From Candidatus Levyibacteriota bacterium (GTDB lineage: Bacteria; Patescibacteriota; Microgenomatia; Levybacterales; UBA12049), in NCBI GenBank assembly GCA_038253825.1, contig JBBSGT010000003.1, positions 463 through 64,462 of the forward strand: a stretch of DNA of 64,000 bases. The letters run 5' to 3'. The notes under the pieces were generated by a model that had not been told where the DNA came from, searched no databases, and saw only the letters and a list, made by a program, of their open reading frames with translations. The translations under genes and the position numbers were made by a program. This document shows positions 31,831 through 41,426 of the stretch, piece after piece (position 1 is the first letter of the stretch; every line of letters starts with the position of its first letter).

Positions 31831-32484
31831 ATGAAGAATACATATAACAATTACTTTAAAGATCACTATAAAAGTACCCATTCAGAGAAAGATATTCTAA
31901 ATTATCAAAAGTGGTTTTATGCGCAATGGCAATTTATTAACTCTAAAATAAATATAAAGGCGCAAAGTAATATTTTAGAAATTGGTTCCGCAATGGGGGG
32001 CTTTTATTCATATTTAGAGTCAAAAAACCCCAATTATTTAGGAGTAGAATTAGATAAGAGTATGGTTGATTTTACTACAAAGTATTTTCAAAAACAAATT
32101 TTTATGAAAAAAAGTATCGAAAGTTTGAAAATAGAAAAGCGATATGATTATGTTTTTGCTTTTGAAGTACTTGAACACTTAGAGAATCCGCTAACAACCG
32201 TTGGAAAAATACATAAATTACTTAATAAGGATAGTATTTTTTGCGGATCCACCCCATATCCTTTTTATAAGAATATTGTAAACGATCAAACTCATTTATA
32301 TGTTTTACATCCAAAAAGCTGGGAAAGAATATTTCTTTTAAACGGTTTTAAAGAAGTTAATTTATATCCAATGTCTTTCCCTCCCTATTTATGGAGAATC
32401 AATAAAAGGCTAAATATAACAATGCCTTTTTTTGTCCCATTTACTCATTTTGTTTCAACATGTTTAATAATAGCAAAAAAATAA
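31831..32484 (+). CDS. Class I SAM-dependent methyltransferase
   Basis: ILEIGSAMG, YDYVFAFEVLEHLENP, STP. Confidence 0.85.
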   Translation: MKNTYNNYFKDHYKSTHSEKDILNYQKWFYAQWQFINSKINIKAQSNILEIGSAMGGFYSYLESKNPNYLGVELDKSMVDFTTKYFQKQIFMKKSIESLKIEKRYDYVFAFEVLEHLENPLTTVGKIHKLLNKDSIFCGSTPYPFYKNIVNDQTHLYVLHPKSWERIFLLNGFKEVNLYPMSFPPYLWRINKRLNITMPFFVPFTHFVSTCLIIAKK

Positions 32485-34769
32485 TAATTCTTATCAATTT
32501 TTTTATAATACTTCTAATTATCGCTCTTCCTTATTATCTTTTTGGAGGCAAATTATATATTGGGGGAGACGATACTCGCTTACTCTATGTCTATCCCTGG
32601 GAATTTCTAAAAAATATTTCATTTTTTTCTTGGTATAATTTTTCTTCAGTTGGTTCTTTTAACCCAAACCAATTTACAGTACCATTCACAGTAATTTGGT
32701 CCCTATTGGAACAATTTATAAAATCTAAAATTATTGTAGATTATTTTTCCTTTTCATTACCTTTACTTTTAGGATATATTTATTTCCAAAAACTACTAAG
32801 TGAAATACTTATGACTAAGAGGTATAAGCCTGAAATAATCATCGGAGGTCTCATGTATATTTTTTCACCGATTCTTATTCTTAATCAGTTATCTGTGTTC
32901 CTCTATTCAGTATGGTTAATCGCCTTACTACCGATTATCAGTTATTATTTCCTTCGATATCTGCGATTTGAACAAAAGGCAGATATTCTCAAAGTGTCAT
33001 TGTATAGTGTATGGTTATCGCTTGCACTTTTTTCTATCCCATGGTTATTAGGGTTTGTTCTACCGGTTGGAGCAGGATTGCTTTTTTCTGTTAGATTATA
33101 TAAAAAAAGGGAAATAATTTATTTTATAAAAAAATCACTTGTCTTTTTCATTTTTGTTGTTTTTTTACAGCTATTCTGGTTATTACCTTTTAGTATGACA
33201 TTCCTTGGTGGTGGAAGTAATAGTTTTGGGGGAAATGTGTTGTCGCAACGTGCGGCAGATACATTCAGTGCGACTGTGCTTTCTACTGCAAGTGGAAATG
33301 TGCTATTTCCTTTTATAAATTTATTTCATCGACAAATTGCTTTTGATTACAATTGGGGACTAAAAAGTGTATATGAAGGTTTCTATGACAAAGTGCTTTT
33401 TATTAATGTTATTTATATTTTGCTTTTTTTTGGAGGAGTATTTTTTGCCAAAAATATATTGAATAAAACGGAAATCAGAAAATTTATCACCTTTCTTATA
33501 GCATTTATATTTTCTCTCTTCTTATTTACTGTAAATATCGGTCCTTTAAAACAAGTATTTCTCTGGCTTGGTTTTATACCAGGAATGGTGATGTTTAGAA
33601 ATTTCTATGATAAATTTGCATTGGGTTATACCTTGCTCTTTGCCTTAGTTATGACATATTCTCTTGTAATAATTGGAAAGCGTTTTCCTCAACACAGATA
33701 TCTTTTTGCGTGCATTACCAGCCTTATTATTTTCCTGAACTTTATACCTATTAAGGATACAATTGTTCGACCTTTATGGAAAACAGCAGATATTTATTCT
33801 AATATTAGCATCCCAACTGAATATACAAATTTCATGTATTCTGTTTCGACTTCAGTTCCTGCATCATCAAATATGCTTACTCTACCTTACAATATAGCAG
33901 CCTATTCAATCATCAAGGATACGAACTCCGATAATGTTTTTGCCGGGACGTCTCCTGTTAAAATATTTTCGGGTATAAATGATTTCTCCGGGTATTTATC
34001 TTTTCCTGCATATGAAGCAGGAGATGTTGATAAATATTTTAAAGATAGAGATTATAAAAATTTGCAAGTAATATTTAGAAAATATAATATTTCCTACTTA
34101 TTCGTAACAAAGAATGTCCCTCAAGAGGTGAAAGACTCTTATTTATTTAACAAAACAGCTCTACTTTCTCAGGATGACAATTTTATTCGTGCCATAACAG
34201 ATAAAAAATTACTCACCAGCGCTTCAAATAACTATGAATTGTATTCACTTAAGCAAAAACAAAGTACGTTGCAACCGCAAAATGTTACTTACATTAAAAT
34301 TAATCCTGCTACGTATCAACTACATATATCACATATGAAATTTAAGCAGAACCTTATCTTTCTTGATTCATATCATAAACAATGGAAACTCTACCCATCA
34401 GTCTACCAAAATCGTACTTGGTGTAAAGGCGTTTATCCAACCTCAAAAAATCATCAAGAATGTATTAGTAATCTTACGCTATTTAACAGTAATGTTTTAT
34501 CATTTTTCTTTCAAAACCCACTTTTTACTAACACACATATAATTTATAATCAGCGAAATAATCAGTGGACTATCGATGAGCAAACAATAAAAACATTAGG
34601 AAATGCTTATTATAAAAATAATTCGGATGGTACTATTGATGCGGAATTTATACTCTACTTTTTGCCCCAATCGTATTTTTATTTGGGTGCAATAATCAGT
34701 ATACTTACAATAATTATTTTATCCTTGATTGTGTCTAAACAGCAAAAATCCTATGAGAATATTTTATAG
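32460..34769 (+). CDS. AftD/DUF3367-like large GT-C membrane protein
   Basis: GGDD after TM1, MFRNFYDKF, IPTEY, extracellular beta-rich tail, C-terminal TM. Confidence 0.6.
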   Translation: MFNNSKKIIILINFFIILLIIALPYYLFGGKLYIGGDDTRLLYVYPWEFLKNISFFSWYNFSSVGSFNPNQFTVPFTVIWSLLEQFIKSKIIVDYFSFSLPLLLGYIYFQKLLSEILMTKRYKPEIIIGGLMYIFSPILILNQLSVFLYSVWLIALLPIISYYFLRYLRFEQKADILKVSLYSVWLSLALFSIPWLLGFVLPVGAGLLFSVRLYKKREIIYFIKKSLVFFIFVVFLQLFWLLPFSMTFLGGGSNSFGGNVLSQRAADTFSATVLSTASGNVLFPFINLFHRQIAFDYNWGLKSVYEGFYDKVLFINVIYILLFFGGVFFAKNILNKTEIRKFITFLIAFIFSLFLFTVNIGPLKQVFLWLGFIPGMVMFRNFYDKFALGYTLLFALVMTYSLVIIGKRFPQHRYLFACITSLIIFLNFIPIKDTIVRPLWKTADIYSNISIPTEYTNFMYSVSTSVPASSNMLTLPYNIAAYSIIKDTNSDNVFAGTSPVKIFSGINDFSGYLSFPAYEAGDVDKYFKDRDYKNLQVIFRKYNISYLFVTKNVPQEVKDSYLFNKTALLSQDDNFIRAITDKKLLTSASNNYELYSLKQKQSTLQPQNVTYIKINPATYQLHISHMKFKQNLIFLDSYHKQWKLYPSVYQNRTWCKGVYPTSKNHQECISNLTLFNSNVLSFFFQNPLFTNTHIIYNQRNNQWTIDEQTIKTLGNAYYKNNSDGTIDAEFILYFLPQSYFYLGAIISILTIIILSLIVSKQQKSYENIL

Positions 34770-35772
34770 AAAATTAGTTATTAATAACTGGACTATTTAT
34801 TTTATTATTCCTATTATTCTATTCCTTTTTGGGGCAGTGAATACATTATTATTAGTATCACCTTTAAGTTTTTCACTTCTTACATATACACAAAAGCCGG
34901 AAATTATTCATATATCTACAAATAATCTATTACTGGAAGGAGAGAATTTTACAGAGCGAATCACAGCGAAGGAAAATAATTTAGGAATTATTGCTATCAG
35001 CTTTTTTAATCCAAACACTATAGCATATTCAGATGAAGATCAACTGGCATTTACTATAAAAGATGTTGCTGTAAATAAAATAGTATACAAAAATTCCTAT
35101 CGTTCGGGACTTTTAACAAGTCTAAAATATTTTCCATTCGGTTTTCCTAAAATAGCTGATTCCAAGAATAAACAATACCAAATCAGTATTGTTTCGCTCA
35201 AGGGAAATACGAATAACGCTTTGCGTATAGATAACAATGCTTTCATAAATCAAGTAAGTTATGATTATTCCAAAAGCGAGATAATAGGAAGTCCTACGAA
35301 ATTTCTATCATTCATAGCCAAAAAGGTCGCTCTTATCTTTAATGATAACCAAATAATGTTTATTACTCTTGAATACTTCATACCTTTATTATTTTATTGT
35401 AGTTTTCTCATTCTCAATAGGAGAGGAAAGACGAATCCGTATATCGCAGAGGTAGTTCTTCTTAGTATCATTCTATACGATATATTTTTAATTGTCCCAC
35501 TTTATACTCTTGTGCTATTTATAATACTTATTATATGGATAGTTCTTGCTATTTGGGATCGGCTCGATAGTTCCGTTAGCTATCTTTTTGCATGTATTCT
35601 CTTTATAATAGCATTGGTTATCCAAAGTGTTCAGTTCATCTCCATAGCAAATAAAGCGTCGGTGTGGGCATTCTTTTTTCTTGTCATTGGAACGGTACAA
35701 TTTCTGAAAGAACTCTCCGGTAAAGAAAAGAAGCGTATAAATATGATTGAATTTATTCAGCATTTGCGATGA
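34753..35772 (+). CDS. Hypothetical membrane protein with extracellular beta domain
   Basis: N-terminal TM, ENNLG..FPFGFPKI.DS domain, several C-terminal TMs; start set at ATG 34753. Confidence 0.6.
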   Translation: MRIFYRKLVINNWTIYFIIPIILFLFGAVNTLLLVSPLSFSLLTYTQKPEIIHISTNNLLLEGENFTERITAKENNLGIIAISFFNPNTIAYSDEDQLAFTIKDVAVNKIVYKNSYRSGLLTSLKYFPFGFPKIADSKNKQYQISIVSLKGNTNNALRIDNNAFINQVSYDYSKSEIIGSPTKFLSFIAKKVALIFNDNQIMFITLEYFIPLLFYCSFLILNRRGKTNPYIAEVVLLSIILYDIFLIVPLYTLVLFIILIIWIVLAIWDRLDSSVSYLFACILFIIALVIQSVQFISIANKASVWAFFFLVIGTVQFLKELSGKEKKRINMIEFIQHLR

Positions 35773-37793
35773 AGTTTTTCAAAAATAATTGGTATTATTT
35801 TTTTACAGCAATTATTATTTTTGTTGTTTTTAAGAATTGGTTTGTTCTAGGAACTATCTCAGGAGGGGATTTTATTTATGAGTATCCATCTATGTTTGGA
35901 AATCGTACGCTTTTTCCGTATGCATGGGATTGGAATGCAACAAATGGCTTAGGAGGTTTTGCAGCTCCACTGCAATGGGTGAATACTGTTTATGCAATTC
36001 CTATTTTGTTATTTGGCGTCGGTTTACATCTTTCATGGAATATTATAGAACGCGTTGGATTTTTTTATCCCTATTTACTGATTGGCTTATTATCTTCATG
36101 GTATCTTGCTAGGTCACTTTTTGGTAAATCTTCTTTTTGGATTTTAACACCCTCCTTATTTCTTATAAATACATATGCGTTGATGATGTCGGGGGGAGGT
36201 CAAATCGTGGGAGTTGGACTTGCTTATGCTATTGCACCCTTTGTGCTTGCCCGTTTTATTAATTTATTAGACCAAACTGCTGAAAAGAAAAACAACCTAC
36301 GAAATGCAGTACAGTTTGGCTTAGCTTTTTCATTACTGACTCTTTTTGATATCCGTTTTGCGTATGTTCTTTTTGTCGCGATAATCATTTACCTTTTATT
36401 ACATTATAAAAAAAGTTTTGCAGATAAAGGAAAAAATTTATTGTATTTAATTCTAATTCCTTTTGGATTAACAATTCTTATTCATGCATATTGGCTTTTA
36501 CCACTATTATTAGTCCATCAAGCACCTACGCAGGCACTTGACGTTTCGTATAATTCTACGAATGCTGTTTCATTTTTTAGCTTTGCGAGATTTGAAAATA
36601 CTATTTCGTTACTTCACCCTAATTGGCCAGAAAATATTTTTGGTAAAGTTAGCTTTATGAAACCTGAGTTTCTGATCATCCCACTTTTGGCATTTACTTC
36701 ACTATTATTTATCTCTAAAAAGAAAAAAGACGAATCAAATTTTGTTATTTATTTTGCGTTAATTGGTTTACTAGGAGCATTTTTAGCGAAAGGAAGTACT
36801 GATCCTTTTGGCTTTATTTATCTTTGGTTATTTAATCATTTTCCTGGATTTTCTATGTTTCGTGATCCGACAAAATGGTACACGTTAGTTGCAATTTCCT
36901 ATTCAATTCTTATTCCATATACGATTTGGAAAATATATGAATGCATGAAAGAACTTAAGAAGCTTTCAGTTGTGCATTTTCAGAAACTTTTTTTACTCAT
37001 AACAATTGGTTATTTATTGTTTCTTATTCGTGCTGCATTATTGGGGCAGCTTACCGGTACGTTAGCACACCATAGTGTCCCTACAAATTATCAAATCCTA
37101 GCTCGGAGTGAACAAGGTTCAAATATGTTTTACAGAACTTTGTGGTTTCCAACGACGCAGCGATATGGTTATTCATCTCTAATCCATCCATCAGTTTCTG
37201 CTCAGGATCTTTTTAAAATTTATGATCATGAGAAATTATTATCAATGTTTCAACAAAATAAAACAGAAGAGACAGTGGAGGATTTAGGTGTGCGTTATAT
37301 AATTGTTCCAGATGATTCAGAGAAAGAGATTTTTCTACAGAGCCGTTACTATTCTGAAGAACTTTATCAAAATACATATGCAACTCTTCGCAAAATAAAA
37401 TGGTTGCATGAGGTCAAAGGATTTGGAAGAATTAAAGTATTTGCGTTAGTTAGTTACAAGAACCACTTTTGGTCTCCTGATAAAACTATGCAAGTAACAA
37501 ATACTATGGTAACGCCTGTGGATTTCAAAGTATCAGTTAAGAATGCAAAGAAGGATGATACGTTAATTTTTGCGGAGAGTTACGATCAGCATTGGGTAGC
37601 AACAATCAATGATGAGATCATTCAATCTACGAAGTATAAAAATATTATAAATAGTTTTAATATACCAAAAGACGGTAATTATAATCTTGAGGTAACCTAT
37701 CAGTCACAGAGATGGATACTTTCTGGTGTGATTGTCACAGTAGTTTCTTTAGTTATATCGTTCTATCTATTGTTTTATTTAAAACGAAAATGA
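35769..37793 (+). CDS. AftD/DUF3367-YfhO-like large GT-C membrane protein
   Basis: GGDF, FLAKG..PFG.IY, PGFSMFRDPTKW, LGVRY, ESYD..W. Confidence 0.65.
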   Translation: MKFFKNNWYYFFTAIIIFVVFKNWFVLGTISGGDFIYEYPSMFGNRTLFPYAWDWNATNGLGGFAAPLQWVNTVYAIPILLFGVGLHLSWNIIERVGFFYPYLLIGLLSSWYLARSLFGKSSFWILTPSLFLINTYALMMSGGGQIVGVGLAYAIAPFVLARFINLLDQTAEKKNNLRNAVQFGLAFSLLTLFDIRFAYVLFVAIIIYLLLHYKKSFADKGKNLLYLILIPFGLTILIHAYWLLPLLLVHQAPTQALDVSYNSTNAVSFFSFARFENTISLLHPNWPENIFGKVSFMKPEFLIIPLLAFTSLLFISKKKKDESNFVIYFALIGLLGAFLAKGSTDPFGFIYLWLFNHFPGFSMFRDPTKWYTLVAISYSILIPYTIWKIYECMKELKKLSVVHFQKLFLLITIGYLLFLIRAALLGQLTGTLAHHSVPTNYQILARSEQGSNMFYRTLWFPTTQRYGYSSLIHPSVSAQDLFKIYDHEKLLSMFQQNKTEETVEDLGVRYIIVPDDSEKEIFLQSRYYSEELYQNTYATLRKIKWLHEVKGFGRIKVFALVSYKNHFWSPDKTMQVTNTMVTPVDFKVSVKNAKKDDTLIFAESYDQHWVATINDEIIQSTKYKNIINSFNIPKDGNYNLEVTYQSQRWILSGVIVTVVSLVISFYLLFYLKRK

Positions 37794-38002
37794 AACCACA
37801 AGACATAGCATTTATTATAATATTATTACTTTTTCTTTGGAGAAGAAATCCAAAGTATTTACTCATGACAGCGCTTGCCTGTTTTGTTCTGGCAATTCCG
37901 TTATTTCATTTTCTCGTTTTTTTCACTGCAGAACGGCTTGTTATGTATGCCGCGGGATTTTTGATAGTAGCAATATTCTTGTTACTATATAAGCAAAAAT
38001 AA
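37790..38002 (+). CDS. 70-aa three-TM membrane protein
   Basis: ATGA overlap at 37790; MKPQDIAFIIILLLFLWRR...AIPLF...FFTAERL. Confidence 0.65.
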   Translation: MKPQDIAFIIILLLFLWRRNPKYLLMTALACFVLAIPLFHFLVFFTAERLVMYAAGFLIVAIFLLLYKQK

Positions 38003-38193
38003 TTAAAAATTTGAGTTTGTTCAATTCTTGCTGGAAAATGAGTACAGATTTAATTTTCGCGATGCAATTGAGAAAAATATAACCTATTTACTCATATCAT
38101 ATCGAAAAGATAGCATGTTGTATCTACATACGTAGTCAATATCCCAGATTTAAAAAACACTTTTTTCGATAAGATGCGATATAATAATTGATA

Positions 38194-39741
38194 ATGTATA
38201 AAAGAATACCGGCATTATTTTACAAGAAGAGCAGGATCATTGCTCTTGTACTCATTGGGATAAATATTATCCTCAACGCTTGGACAGTCTTTCATAAAGA
38301 TATCATCTATAACTCTGACATTGCAAGAGATTTCTTACTTTTTAATGAGATAACACAAAAGAAAATTATTTTAATTGGGCCACGAGCAGATGGCATACAA
38401 GGCTTATTTCATGGTCCTTTATGGCTTTACTTGAATTATCCAGCATATATAATTGGTCATGGAAATCCATTAGTAGTTGGCTGGTTTTGGTTCTTTCTTA
38501 CACTAATTTTTTTACTAGTAAGTTTTATCATTGCAACTAAACTATTTAATAAATCTGTAGGAATCCTCTATGTAACGTTGTTATCTTCAGTAATGATATA
38601 TCATTCCAATGGCCTTTTTAATCCTGATGGAGCAATGTTCTTATTGCCGCTATTTTTGTTTTTCTTTTCATCTTATTATAAATTCAAGAGATTATCATAT
38701 TTAGCAATCAGTTTATTGTTGGTGGGTTTGATGATCCAATTCCAAATGGCAATTGGCATACCCTTTCTTATACTTTCAACGCTACTAACGCTTTATTTGA
38801 TTATTAGAAATAGAAAATACTTCCATACCCTTGCTTTTCTTATAGTACTATTGCCTTTATCTACTTTTATACTCTTTGATTTAAGGCATAACTTTGAACA
38901 ACTACATTCGATAATAAATAGTTTTTCTGGTCATACAAGTGCTCCTCAATTTAGTTTTTATAACAGACTTTCCAATAGAATTGAACTTATGACTTTCCAA
39001 TTATTCTTTTTCCAAGGACAACTGTCTGCATTAAATTTATTACTTTCATACATCATTGCCTTCTTCTTAGGGAAAAGAATTAGCGCAAAAGCTGACCAAT
39101 ATCGTTACTTGTACTTGTTATTTATATATTTTTATCTGGGCTTTTATACTATTTCTCTACTTCAAAATGGTAATCTGCTCTCATTTTTTATATATCCATT
39201 ACTCACATTATTATTTTTATTATTCTCATCAAATTTACTTTATCATGAGAAAAAGTTTTTTATTGCATTGATAATAATAATTCCAATATTGCAATTGATA
39301 AGCAGTATATCCTATATCTCAGAAACAACGAATAATATTAATCGAGTAGATACCTCTTGGCAGTTTCAGCATAACATTGCTTTGAAGATTTTTACTTCAA
39401 ACGATACTAGTTTTGGTTATCTTATCTATGCTCCTGATGTATTTGGTTATAAACAAAAATATGCTTATGAATATACAAAAAGTGAATATCCTAATAAAAA
39501 TGCTACTTTATTCCAAAAACAAAGAATTACCTATGTTGTCGTAGAACCTATACCGTCTAGCCGTACTGATTTGGCTCACGACTATGATAATTGGAAAAAA
39601 GATAAGGTAACCTTCGAGGGAAAACTATTAAGTTCGTATACGTATCCAAACAGTTATAAAATTGAAAAATATCTTCTTACTGGAAAAGAGATTGCTGCAC
39701 CTATAGATCCAGCTTTATTGGATATAATACACTTTAGATAA
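38194..39741 (+). CDS. ArnT/PMT_2-like membrane glycosyltransferase
   Basis: SDIARD, LIGPR...GLFHGPLWLY, FDLRHNF; own -10 box TATAAT 38180-38185. Confidence 0.7.
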   Translation: MYKRIPALFYKKSRIIALVLIGINIILNAWTVFHKDIIYNSDIARDFLLFNEITQKKIILIGPRADGIQGLFHGPLWLYLNYPAYIIGHGNPLVVGWFWFFLTLIFLLVSFIIATKLFNKSVGILYVTLLSSVMIYHSNGLFNPDGAMFLLPLFLFFFSSYYKFKRLSYLAISLLLVGLMIQFQMAIGIPFLILSTLLTLYLIIRNRKYFHTLAFLIVLLPLSTFILFDLRHNFEQLHSIINSFSGHTSAPQFSFYNRLSNRIELMTFQLFFFQGQLSALNLLLSYIIAFFLGKRISAKADQYRYLYLLFIYFYLGFYTISLLQNGNLLSFFIYPLLTLLFLLFSSNLLYHEKKFFIALIIIIPILQLISSISYISETTNNINRVDTSWQFQHNIALKIFTSNDTSFGYLIYAPDVFGYKQKYAYEYTKSEYPNKNATLFQKQRITYVVVEPIPSSRTDLAHDYDNWKKDKVTFEGKLLSSYTYPNSYKIEKYLLTGKEIAAPIDPALLDIIHFR

Positions 39742-39849
39742 AGAGAAAGAGGTTAATAATCTTTTCTTTTGAACCGTTTGCTCCTTTTCCCACTATTTTT
39801 CGATAAATAGATTTGTTGTTTTCGGAGACAACATGGTACAATTATCGGT

Positions 39850-40803
39850 ATGATTAGTGTTATTGTCCCTGCGTGCAATGAAGGTGAAGGAATTCAGGCA
39901 TTTTATGATGAAATGATGAAAGTCATGCCTGGGGTAGATAAAGACTACGAAATAATCTTCATTGACGATGGTTCTACTGATAATACTTTGGAAATTCTCA
40001 AATCTTTTGTTCACCAGAATCACCATATCCGAGTCTTTTCTTTCAAAAGAAATCGTGGCAAAGCGGATGCGCTCGCCTATGGCTTTTCGTGTGTGAAAGG
40101 TGATATTGTCATTACCATGGATGCAGATCTCCAAGATAAACCTACACAGATCGAAAAATTCATCGCCAAACATAATGAAGGTGCAGATGTCGTATGCGGA
40201 TGGAGAAAAAATCGAAAAGATAAATCAAAGATGGTTGTCATTTCCAAATTATTTAACTGGATTATCTGGAAATTGTTTGGTCTCCATCTCCATGACATTG
40301 ATTGTGGTTTTAAACTCTTTACCACAGAAGCTGCGAGGAGTCTCCACATTTATGGGGGACTTTACCGATTTATTCCGTTGCTACTTTATGAAAATGGTTA
40401 TGTCGTTGATGAGGTAGTTGTCGAACATGATGTACGAAAATTTGGACACTCCAAATATGGTTTTTCCAAAGTCTGGAAAAATTTGCCTGATCTTTTTACA
40501 ATGATATTTTTAGTAAAGTATAGTAAAAGACCTTTGCATTTTTTCGGTATTGTGGGAGGTTTATTAGTGCTCATTGGTTTGATCATCCTTCTGGACTTAT
40601 CCTATTTACATTTTACCGGACATACAATTTCTCGAAGACCAGCTTTGGTTTTGAGTATGTTATGTATAATTGCTGGTTTACAAACATTCTTTACCGGTTT
40701 TCTTGCAGATCTTATGATTAATATTTCCCATACCACTGGTTCTTCAAAGAATGAAGAGGCTCATTTTCCTCTCAAATATGCAAGCGATATGGTAAAAGCT
40801 TGA
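39850..40803 (+). CDS. GT2, ArnC/GtrB-like undecaprenyl-phosphate glycosyltransferase
   Basis: DDGSTD, RNRGK, MDADLQD, HDIDCGFK, RFIP, SKY; two C-terminal TMs. Confidence 0.88.
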   Translation: MISVIVPACNEGEGIQAFYDEMMKVMPGVDKDYEIIFIDDGSTDNTLEILKSFVHQNHHIRVFSFKRNRGKADALAYGFSCVKGDIVITMDADLQDKPTQIEKFIAKHNEGADVVCGWRKNRKDKSKMVVISKLFNWIIWKLFGLHLHDIDCGFKLFTTEAARSLHIYGGLYRFIPLLLYENGYVVDEVVVEHDVRKFGHSKYGFSKVWKNLPDLFTMIFLVKYSKRPLHFFGIVGGLLVLIGLIILLDLSYLHFTGHTISRRPALVLSMLCIIAGLQTFFTGFLADLMINISHTTGSSKNEEAHFPLKYASDMVKA

Positions 40804-40839
40804 TGAGCATTATGCTACAATAAAATGTGAAATTGCATT

Positions 40840-41373
40840 ATGAAAATCGGTATCGACATATCCCAACTTGCCTATGAAAGAACTGGTGTTGCGAACTATC
40901 TAAGGTGCCTTGTTGAGCATTTATTGGAAGTTGATACTGAAAATGAGTATATTCTCTTTTTCTCATCTATGAGAAATAATTTTCAATTTCCCAATGTCAA
41001 TTTTCAATCAAAGCCCAATGTTTCGATTAAACGATTTAAATTCCCTCCTACATTGCTGAATATCCTCTGGAATAAATTGCATGTTATGCCGATTGAAATA
41101 CTTATTGGTGATGTTGATGTCTTTATAACTTCAGATTGGACAGAACCACCAGTGAAGAAAGCGAAAAAGATGACTATTCTTTATGATCTGATTATCTATA
41201 AATGTCCACAAGAGACGGCAGCGCAGATTATTGCAACTCAAAAGAAAAAATTGGAATGGGTAAAGAAAGAATCTGCTATGATTTTATGTGTCTCAGAAGC
41301 GACGAAGCGAGATGCGGAAGATATTTTGGGAATTGAAAAAGATCGGCTAGCGGTTGTTTATCCGGGAGTGTAG
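40840..41373 (+). CDS. Stand-alone GT4 N-terminal domain (no C-terminal nucleotide-binding domain)
   Basis: MKIGIDIS...TGVANY...YDL...VSEATKRD...VVYPGV then TAG; no EGFG motif follows. Confidence 0.7.
   Translation: MKIGIDISQLAYERTGVANYLRCLVEHLLEVDTENEYILFFSSMRNNFQFPNVNFQSKPNVSIKRFKFPPTLLNILWNKLHVMPIEILIGDVDVFITSDWTEPPVKKAKKMTILYDLIIYKCPQETAAQIIATQKKKLEWVKKESAMILCVSEATKRDAEDILGIEKDRLAVVYPGV
40978..41025 (+). repeat. Degenerate 7-nt repeat (TTTCAAT) read in frame as NFQFPNVNFQ
   Basis: aat tttcaat ttcccaat gtcaat tttcaat caaagcccaat. Confidence 0.5.
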
Positions 41374-41426
41374 AAGTTGTTTGAAATCCTACCGCTTTGC
41401 TCCAGGATGAGAGAGAATAGAAAAAT

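Noticed and set aside
36961-36990. Possible further heptamer relic (ctttcag ttgtgca ttttcag), and a similar one near 57853
   Set aside because: Too degenerate to separate from chance
38003-38135. Short open frame (KFEFVQ...RFNFRDAIEKNITYL) as a gene remnant
   Set aside because: No credible start signal and no recognisable family motif
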